From Minisyncoccota bacterium (lineage in GTDB: Bacteria; Patescibacteriota; Minisyncoccia; UBA6257; GWB1-50-10): 64,000 bases of DNA. The stretch is from the NCBI GenBank assembly GCA_041665265.1, contig JBAYJE010000002.1:10836-74835 (forward strand), written 5' to 3'. Position numbers and translations under genes: made by a program. The stretch's first letter is position 1; each line of letters opens with the position of its first letter. Below are positions 56,805 through 64,000 of the stretch, piece after piece. The notes below the pieces were generated by a model. The model saw only the letters and a program-made list of their open reading frames with translations. It had not been told where the DNA came from and searched no databases.

Positions 56805-57824
56805 ATGGCAAATATTGCAATAAATGGATTTGGACGTATTGGGCGACTTTTTTTACAACACACACTTCAAGAAGAAGGTATAAATGTAGTAGCAATTAAT
56901 GATTTGGGGGATGTTGAAAATCTCGCATACCTATTAAAATATGACACGATATACGGTCGTTTTTTGGGCGACGTCTCGCTTGTGGATAAGTTTCTTGTGG
57001 TAAATGGCAAAAAGATTTTGTTTCTTCAAGAAAAAGACCCCACAAAACTTCCATGGAAGGACCTTAATGTGGATATAGTAGTGGAGTCTACGGGAGTTTT
57101 TGAATCGTATGAAAAAGCAAAGGTACATTTGGATGCTGGTGCAAAAAAGGTAGTTATTACTGCTCCTGCAAAAGATGCCGATGGCACTTTTGGTGGGAAG
57201 ACTGTACTTGTTGGTGTAAATGAAAATGATGCAAAGGGAGTATCACTTACTTCAAACGCATCGTGCACCACGAATGCAGTTTCACCTGTAATTCAGATTA
57301 TGATGGAGAATCCTGGTATTGAAAAAGCAATTTTGAATACGGTGCACGCGTATACGGGAACACAGAGTATTGTGGACAGCCCGACGAAAGGAAAGGATTA
57401 TAGGAGAGGGCGTGCTGCCTCACAAAATATTTCTCCTTCAACGACAGGGGCTGCAATCGCAGTTACACGAGTTATTAGAGAACTTGAGGGAAAATTTGAT
57501 GGTATTGCAATTCGTGTACCAGTGCCAACCGGATCACTTGCCGATATTACGTTTATTGCAAAACGAGATACCTCAGTAGAGGAAGTGAACAATATTTTTA
57601 AGAAAGCGGCAGAAGATCCTCGTTGGAAATCAATTCTTAAAGTAAGTGAAGAACAATTGGTATCTTCCGATATTATTAATGAGCCCTATGCTGCCATTGT
57701 AGATTTAGGATTTACAAAAGTAGTAGGTGGTAATCTTGTAAAAGTGCTTGTGTGGTACGACAACGAGGCTGGATATGTATCGACACTTGTAAAACACGTG
57801 CTCCGTGTTGCGAGTTTCTTATAA
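56805..57824 (+). CDS. gap: Type I glyceraldehyde-3-phosphate dehydrogenase
   Basis: INGFGRIGR, ASCTTN, TTGAA, WYDNE. Confidence 0.97.
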   Translation: MANIAINGFGRIGRLFLQHTLQEEGINVVAINDLGDVENLAYLLKYDTIYGRFLGDVSLVDKFLVVNGKKILFLQEKDPTKLPWKDLNVDIVVESTGVFESYEKAKVHLDAGAKKVVITAPAKDADGTFGGKTVLVGVNENDAKGVSLTSNASCTTNAVSPVIQIMMENPGIEKAILNTVHAYTGTQSIVDSPTKGKDYRRGRAASQNISPSTTGAAIAVTRVIRELEGKFDGIAIRVPVPTGSLADITFIAKRDTSVEEVNNIFKKAAEDPRWKSILKVSEEQLVSSDIINEPYAAIVDLGFTKVVGGNLVKVLVWYDNEAGYVSTLVKHVLRVASFL

Positions 57825-57848
57825 TGTAGTACAACTGAGGAGTCTGTT

Positions 57849-58889
57849 ATGCGAAAAAATCATTTTATTTTCTACGCGGTGGTACTCGTAGCCATTGTGA
57901 GTCTTTTACAATTTTCGGCTGAGCTTTCTATTGAACGTTTTCATGCTGCAAATTCTTCTGCACTTGCGGCTACACTTTCCTCACAGTATCGAGAGATGAT
58001 GAATACGAAGATTATTGCTCTTGAGGAGGAGCAGAAAAATACCACACTCCTTTTCACGGGAGATGTAATGCTTTCACGAAGTGTGGGGAAAAGGATGAGC
58101 AAGGCGAATGATATGACTCTGCCATTTCTTTTGATTGCGAGTACTACGCAAGCCGCTGACGTGGTTATTGGAAATCTTGAGGGCCCCGTATCTTCTCGTG
58201 GAAGAAATCAAGGAAGTATCTATTCATTTCGTGCAGATCCTAAAACAATACAAGGACTCACGTTTGCGGGTTTTCATGTTATGTCTCTTGCAAATAATCA
58301 TATGTGGGACTGGGGGCGTGATGCGCTTTCTGACTCCATTTCTCTTTTGCGTGAGAATGGTATTTTGACCGTAGGAGCAGGAAGAAATGAAGAAGAGGCC
58401 AATTTACCACTTGTTCTTGAGGTAAAAAAGAATCGTATTGGAATGCTTTCCTATACTGATCTCTATCCAAAGAGTTTAAATGCAAAAGGAAATGTTCCAG
58501 GAATAAGTAATTTTAGTGAGGCGCGCGTGAGTGAGGCGGTAACACTTCTTAAGCAGTCAGTAGATATTGTAGTGGTTCTTATACATTGGGGTGATGAGTA
58601 TAAAGAGAAATCAAATAGCGAACAGCAACGACTCGCACATGCGTTTATTGATGCGGGGGCGGATCTTGTGGTAGGAACTCATCCCCATGTGGCACAAGAA
58701 ATCGAACAATATAATAATGGTTGGATTGCGTATAGTCTTGGAAATTTTGTATTTGACCAGACATTTTCTGAAGAAACACGACGTGGCATTATGTTTGTTG
58801 CCACGATTAAAGATGCAAAACTTGTGAATGTGCTTTCTATTCCTACGCGTATAAATGATGATTTTCAGCCGGAAGGAGTTCCGCTATAA
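57849..58889 (+). CDS. CapA-family metallophosphatase, membrane-anchored
   Basis: GDVML, NLE, ANNH, HWG.EY, GTHPHV, YSLGNFVFDQ. Confidence 0.9.
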   Translation: MRKNHFIFYAVVLVAIVSLLQFSAELSIERFHAANSSALAATLSSQYREMMNTKIIALEEEQKNTTLLFTGDVMLSRSVGKRMSKANDMTLPFLLIASTTQAADVVIGNLEGPVSSRGRNQGSIYSFRADPKTIQGLTFAGFHVMSLANNHMWDWGRDALSDSISLLRENGILTVGAGRNEEEANLPLVLEVKKNRIGMLSYTDLYPKSLNAKGNVPGISNFSEARVSEAVTLLKQSVDIVVVLIHWGDEYKEKSNSEQQRLAHAFIDAGADLVVGTHPHVAQEIEQYNNGWIAYSLGNFVFDQTFSEETRRGIMFVATIKDAKLVNVLSIPTRINDDFQPEGVPL

Positions 58890-58897
58890 TAAAAGGA

Positions 58898-59380
58898 ATG
58901 GTTATTTATATTGGTGCAGATCATCGTGGATTTAAGCTTAAAGAATTTTTAAGTGGCATGTTGAAATACGGCGGATATCCAGTCGTTGATGTGGGGAATG
59001 ATCATTACGACGAAACGGATAGTTATGTAGATTTTGCAAAGCGTGTTGCAGAACGAGTAAGTATCGATTATGACCATAATCGCGGGATTCTTATTTGTGG
59101 ATCTGGCATAGGGATGGATATTGTGGCAAATAAACATCCTAATGTGCGCGCGGCACTCGCACTTACCCCAGACCAAGCGTTTGATAGTAGAAATGACGAC
59201 GATACAAATATATTGTGTCTTGGTGCGAATTATTTAAATGAAGAGCAAACAAAGAAAATAGTACTTACGTGGATTCAGACCCCTTTTTCAAAAGAAGCGA
59301 GACATCGGAGAAGGATTGAGGGAATTGCACAAGTCGAAATGGAACGTATGAGGCCCTTGCATGGTGAGGATCCCGCATAG
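58898..59380 (+). CDS. rpiB: Ribose-5-phosphate isomerase B
   Basis: IGADHRG, LICGSGIG, ANK, NILCLG, RH.RR. Confidence 0.92.
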   Translation: MVIYIGADHRGFKLKEFLSGMLKYGGYPVVDVGNDHYDETDSYVDFAKRVAERVSIDYDHNRGILICGSGIGMDIVANKHPNVRAALALTPDQAFDSRNDDDTNILCLGANYLNEEQTKKIVLTWIQTPFSKEARHRRRIEGIAQVEMERMRPLHGEDPA

Positions 59381-59381
59381 T

Positions 59382-60023
59382 ATGGAAGTAATTCCCGGTA
59401 TTAATTGTGAGGAAGAGAAATGCGTAAAGGAACGATTTGAAATTGCGCGCCATCTTTCGTGTACGTGGTTACACGTTGATGTAAGTGATGGTGTCTTTGC
59501 GAATTCGCGTACATGGAATACTCCAGAAACGTTTGCACACGCGCCTGCAAAACTTGAAATCCACCTTATGGTTATGAATCCCGAAGATGTTATTGAGAAG
59601 TGGTTAACGATTGGTGCAAAGCGCATCATTGTACATGTAGAGTCTTTTCAAGCGAAGAAGGAGAGTATTTTTCTCAATATAGTAACTATATGTAAAAATT
59701 TTGGTGCTGAACTTATGCTTTCAGCAAATCCTGAGACTGAAATAGAAGCATTTATGCCGTATAAGGATATTGTTTCTTCGTTTCAGCTTCTTGCAGTTTT
59801 ACCAGGGCTTTCTGGTCAGGAATTTGATGTAGCAATTATCAACAAGATAAAAGTATTAAAAGGGAGAATTCCCAACGCGATAATAGAAATTGATGGGGGA
59901 GTAAATCCTATAGTTGCAAAAAAAGTTTTTGATGTAGGAGCAACGATCATTTCCGTATCATCGTATATATTTACAAGTGATAATCCGTCACAGGCGTACA
60001 CAACACTACAGCAGATTTTGTAA
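59382..60023 (+). CDS. rpe: Ribulose-phosphate 3-epimerase
   Basis: HVDVSDG, EIHLM, V.PG.SGQ.F, IDGGVN. Confidence 0.88.
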   Translation: MEVIPGINCEEEKCVKERFEIARHLSCTWLHVDVSDGVFANSRTWNTPETFAHAPAKLEIHLMVMNPEDVIEKWLTIGAKRIIVHVESFQAKKESIFLNIVTICKNFGAELMLSANPETEIEAFMPYKDIVSSFQLLAVLPGLSGQEFDVAIINKIKVLKGRIPNAIIEIDGGVNPIVAKKVFDVGATIISVSSYIFTSDNPSQAYTTLQQIL

Positions 60024-60046
60024 GAAAGGGTGGTATACTAAATAAA

Positions 60047-60907
60047 ATGGAAGCACTTCATGAGAAAAAATTAAAACAATTAGAAGAAACAGCGAATCGT
60101 GTTCGTGAATTTATCATTCAAACACTTCTTGAAGCGGGTTCAGGACATTCTGCAGGACCACTTGGTATGGCAGATATTGTTACTGCTCTGTATTTTCATA
60201 TATTGAAACATAATCCGAAAAAGCCAGATTGGAGTGAACGCGACCGACTTGTGCTTTCAAATGGGCATATTTGCCCTGTCCTATATGTCGCCATGGCATT
60301 TGCAGGATATTTCCCTGTTGATGAATTACGAACTTTGAGGAAGCTTAATTCGCGTCTTCAAGGACACCCTCATCGCGGTTCACTTCCAGGACTTGAAACA
60401 ACATCAGGACCATTAGGTTCAGGTCTTTCGCAGGCAATCGGTATTGCACTTGCGGCAAAATTGGACAACAAAAAAAATTATACCTATTGTCTCATGTCTG
60501 ATGGTGAGCAGAACGAAGGGAATATATGGGAGGCGGTTATGTTTGCGGGAAAGCATCGTCTTTCAAATCTTATTGCGGTAATGGATCGGAATAATATTCA
60601 AATTGATGGATTTACTGAAGATGTAATGCCACTTGAATCAATTCGTGCAAAATACGAGGCATTTCGATGGCATGTGATTGAGATAGATGGTCATAATATT
60701 AGTGATTTTGTAGATGCGGTGTTTGAAGCTCAGGCAATTTATGAGGCGCCAACACTTATTATCGCGCATACCATTCCTGGGAAGGGTGTGAGTTTTATGG
60801 AACGTAATTATTTGTGGCATGGAAAACCACCGAATAAAGGGGAGGCAAAAAAAGCGCTCGCTGAATTACGGTCACTTGGAGGACGAATAAAGAGTGAACA
60901 TGATTAA
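60047..60907 (+). CDS. Transketolase N-terminal subunit
   Basis: SGH, LSNGH, LQGHP, SDGEQNEG..WEA, HGK. Confidence 0.93.
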   Translation: MEALHEKKLKQLEETANRVREFIIQTLLEAGSGHSAGPLGMADIVTALYFHILKHNPKKPDWSERDRLVLSNGHICPVLYVAMAFAGYFPVDELRTLRKLNSRLQGHPHRGSLPGLETTSGPLGSGLSQAIGIALAAKLDNKKNYTYCLMSDGEQNEGNIWEAVMFAGKHRLSNLIAVMDRNNIQIDGFTEDVMPLESIRAKYEAFRWHVIEIDGHNISDFVDAVFEAQAIYEAPTLIIAHTIPGKGVSFMERNYLWHGKPPNKGEAKKALAELRSLGGRIKSEHD

Positions 60908-61889
60908 TATAACTGCAAAAGTAAATAAGAAAGTGTTTGATGCAGATGTGGAACAGAAGCCAATTCGCGATGGCTACGGTGAAGGACTTTTGATTGTGGG
61001 AGAACAGAATAAAAACGTGGTAGTGCTTTGCGCAGATCTTAAGGAATCAACGCGCACCGAGGAGTTTGCAAAGAAATTCCCTGAGCGATTTTTTGAAGTA
61101 GGTGTGGCAGAACAGAATATGGCAACGATCGCAGCAGGTTTGGGGGTTTCCGGAAAGATTCCCTACATTTCTTCCTACGCTACATTTTCTCCTGGAAGAA
61201 ATTGGGAACAGATTCGTACGACTATTTCATATAACGATGCAAATGTGAAAATTGCAGGACATCATGCGGGTATTTCTGTGGGGCCCGATGGCGCGACACA
61301 TCAAGCAGTAGAAGATATCGCGACTATGAGAGTTATGGCAAATATGAAAGTGATTGTGCCATGCGATGCCATTGAGGCAAGAAAGGCAACAGTTGCTGCA
61401 GCAAAAATATGGGGTCCAATGTATTTGCGATTTGCACGAGAAAAAACACCAATTGTCACTACTGAAAAATCGCCGTTTATTCCGGGAAAGGCAGAAATAC
61501 TTTGGGATTCGAAAAAACCAGTAGCTACCATTGTGGCATGTGGAGCTCTCGTATATGCCGCACTTCTTGCGGCTCAGAAACTTGAAGAAGAGGGTGTTGA
61601 GGTAATGGTAATAAATAATCATACAATAAAACCGCTTGATGAAGTGACACTTCTTGTCGCAGCAAAAAGAACGGGAGCATTTGTAAGTGCAGAAGAGCAT
61701 CAAATTGCAGGCGGTATGGGTAGTGCAATTGCAGAGCTTCTTGTAACACAGCATCCAATACCACAAGAATTTATAGGAATGCGCGGTGTGTTTGGAGAAT
61801 CAGGAAAACCTGCAGAACTTATTGAAAAATACGGCATGGGAGTGAACGACATTGTGCGTGCGGTTCGCACAGTAGTAAAACGAAAGTAA
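60900..61889 (+). CDS. Transketolase C-terminal subunit
   Basis: GVAEQN, GPDGATHQ, EEHQ..GG.GS. Confidence 0.93.
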   Translation: MINITAKVNKKVFDADVEQKPIRDGYGEGLLIVGEQNKNVVVLCADLKESTRTEEFAKKFPERFFEVGVAEQNMATIAAGLGVSGKIPYISSYATFSPGRNWEQIRTTISYNDANVKIAGHHAGISVGPDGATHQAVEDIATMRVMANMKVIVPCDAIEARKATVAAAKIWGPMYLRFAREKTPIVTTEKSPFIPGKAEILWDSKKPVATIVACGALVYAALLAAQKLEEEGVEVMVINNHTIKPLDEVTLLVAAKRTGAFVSAEEHQIAGGMGSAIAELLVTQHPIPQEFIGMRGVFGESGKPAELIEKYGMGVNDIVRAVRTVVKRK

Positions 61890-61980
61890 TAGTATTAATA
61901 GACCTCACACCTCCTTTGGGAGGTTTTTAGTGTCTGTGAAGGTTGGTTAAAGTAGGGTATAATGGAAGAAATAAGCCATT

Positions 61981-62982
61981 ATGCAAATATTTGACATCCT
62001 CACTATAGGAACTGCAACGAGGGATGTATTCCTTACTAGCTCACTTTTTAAGGTACTACGCGATCCAAAACATCTGGCTCAGCTTGGATTTATAACTGGA
62101 GAGGCAGAGTGTTTTGCGTTAGGTTCGAAGCTTAAAGTGGATAAGCTGGTGCGTTCTACGGGGGGAGACGCCGCAAATGCTGCAGTTACTTTTGCGCGAC
62201 AAGGATTTAAAACAGCAATGCTTGCAAAGGTGGGTAGTGACGAAGCAGGAAAAGAAATCGCACAAGAGTTGAAGGATGAGAAGATTGCTATTTTAAATGA
62301 AGTACACACAGGAGAAACAGACTATTCGACAATTCTTTTGGCACCGGGCGGGGAACGTACCGTACTCGTGTTTCGCGGCACCCCTCTTAGTAAGAAAGAA
62401 GTTACTTTTTCGAGACTTAAAGCAAAATGGGCATATATTGCTCCTGGTGACATTTCAACATCTCTTATAAAAGAAATTGTCACTTTACTCAAAAAACAGG
62501 GAACAAAGATCGCATTTAATCCCTCTCGTCATTACCTCGAGAAATCATCTACTGATGTTAAAATGATTATTGCACAATCAGATATTGTGATTATGAATCG
62601 TGAAGAAGCGGCATCTCTTGTTGATATGCCATATAAAAATGAAAAAGGCGTCTTTCGAAAACTCGACCAGTTAATTAATGGAATTACTATTATGACAGAT
62701 GGTCCTCGTGGTGCCATTGTTTCAGATGGTACTCACGTATATCGATGTGGCACATTTAAAGAAAATGTATGTGTGGATCGTACTGGTGCGGGTGACGCAT
62801 TTGGATCAGGGTTTGTGGTTGGCTTTATACGTTCGAACGATATTTGTTTTGCTTTACGTCTTGCAGCAGCAAATGCAACATCGGTAGTGGAACATATTGG
62901 AGCACAGGAAGGAATTCTTTCCGAAAACGATTTTAAAAATAAACGATGGCAGTTTCTCGATCTCGATATCGAGTCACGTTAA
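61981..62982 (+). CDS. PfkB family carbohydrate kinase
   Basis: GGDAANAAV, N.EEA, DRTGAGDAFGSG. Confidence 0.92.
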   Translation: MQIFDILTIGTATRDVFLTSSLFKVLRDPKHLAQLGFITGEAECFALGSKLKVDKLVRSTGGDAANAAVTFARQGFKTAMLAKVGSDEAGKEIAQELKDEKIAILNEVHTGETDYSTILLAPGGERTVLVFRGTPLSKKEVTFSRLKAKWAYIAPGDISTSLIKEIVTLLKKQGTKIAFNPSRHYLEKSSTDVKMIIAQSDIVIMNREEAASLVDMPYKNEKGVFRKLDQLINGITIMTDGPRGAIVSDGTHVYRCGTFKENVCVDRTGAGDAFGSGFVVGFIRSNDICFALRLAAANATSVVEHIGAQEGILSENDFKNKRWQFLDLDIESR

Positions 62983-63002
62983 GGAAGAATAATTAACGTT
63001 GT

Positions 63003-64000
63003 ATGATGACCGCACAGGAGAAAATAGCAAAGATTCTTAGAGTTGATAAGGATTATATTCTCACTATTGAGAAGCGTCTTTCTCTTGCAACCGGAAAAAC
63101 AGGAGTTTTTGAACGCATGATGTATGAGAATGAGGTACGCATTAAAGATCGTCTCGAACGTCTTGAACTTCCACGCGATGCGCACGCAAAAGAAGTATTT
63201 GATGCGCTTATTGCAAAGGTGGAAACGAGCGATGTTAAATTATGTGATGGCATAGGAGCAAATAAATGTACCACTAATGAAGATTTTACTCTTGCAGTAA
63301 ATGCCGTAAAGAAGGTTGCAAAGATTCCTAAAGGTTTTTTTCTCAAAAAAGAGAAGGCAATTGAATTACTCACGAATGAGCCACCAAAGAAAGTGATGGC
63401 ATATCTTGGATATACTACGGTGGCAGAGATGCTCGCAAAAGAAGATATTGTAGAAATTCTTGCTGCACTCCGTTTTATTGAAGGAAATGAGTGGCTTAAT
63501 AAGGCATTTTTTATTCACTATGAAAAACTCACTCCTGATGATTTTGAGGAGCGTGAGGTTGAAGTTCGTGCACTTTCTCAAAAATGGAGTAAGTACGCGA
63601 AGATTTTTGTGATGAAAAAGTGGCACAATGTGAGCCACTTGAAAGAGTTCGGTGTTCTTTTTGTAATTCCTGTCTCGTTGGGTATATCTGGAGAGCTTCT
63701 CCGCATGATGACCCTCATCTATCACTATACTCACGAAATTCCTTTTTATTCTGATATGTTTCGTGAGATTGCAAAAAACCCGAAAACATTTGCCATGCAT
63801 CTTATTTCACTTTTGCGTGGAGACACGGTCAATGACCAGAACCTTTTTGTGAGTGGTGATACTTCCCGATGGCTTGTTATTCAACGCTATCTTACGAAAG
63901 ATGACGAGAATGATTGGCGACTTTCCGTTCCCCATATCAACCCAGAAGCAATTCATTGGGAGAAAGCCGAAGAGGATCTCGAAGCATCGGGAGATCTTTT
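63003..64000 (+). CDS. Hypothetical protein, runs off the window
   Basis: Open frame MMTAQEKIAKILRVD... to the window end, with KKWHNVSHLKEFG and HYTHE motifs; absent from the ORF track because it has no stop. Confidence 0.8.
   Translation, partial: MMTAQEKIAKILRVDKDYILTIEKRLSLATGKTGVFERMMYENEVRIKDRLERLELPRDAHAKEVFDALIAKVETSDVKLCDGIGANKCTTNEDFTLAVNAVKKVAKIPKGFFLKKEKAIELLTNEPPKKVMAYLGYTTVAEMLAKEDIVEILAALRFIEGNEWLNKAFFIHYEKLTPDDFEEREVEVRALSQKWSKYAKIFVMKKWHNVSHLKEFGVLFVIPVSLGISGELLRMMTLIYHYTHEIPFYSDMFREIAKNPKTFAMHLISLLRGDTVNDQNLFVSGDTSRWLVIQRYLTKDDENDWRLSVPHINPEAIHWEKAEEDLEASGDL

Noticed and set aside
57849-58889. Poly-gamma-glutamate capsule locus
   Set aside because: Only a CapA-family gene; no capB/capC in the window

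Overview
AT-rich bacterial chromosome segment, code 11. Gene content and protein style point to a Patescibacteria/CPR (Parcubacteria-like) genome; this is inference from short trigger factor and pyruvate kinase, split transketolase, DUF5652, and a monoderm-type type IV pilus set without PilP/PilQ. 1-12.9 kb is a type IV pilus locus: end of pilB/gspE, pilC, four pilin-like genes, and a convergent pilM-pilN fusion, pilO and LytR_C gene. Embedded in it are two Ser/Thr-rich surface proteins, a glycosyltransferase, a SAM methyltransferase and an SxxK serine hydrolase. 13-48.8 kb is mixed housekeeping: transporters, an atypical P1B ATPase, UvrD-nuclease, typA, pyk, uppS, hpf, a MacAB-like ABC exporter, nth, gpsA, dinB, tig, xseAB, mutY. 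48.8-54.5 kb is accessory: orphan genes, two kinase-less sensors, then a promoter-to-terminator RNA unit with three aberrant tRNA-like elements and a second gene-less RNA unit. 54.5-64 kb holds trmH-like, DUF192, MFS and a gap/rpiB/rpe/tkt/pfkB cluster. The best novelty candidates are the tRNA-like RNA array, the pilus-embedded modification cassette, three unannotated mini-genes, the kinase-less sensor pair, and the split between leaderless core genes and SD-led stand-alone cassettes. All calls are by eye from motifs; no database search was run.
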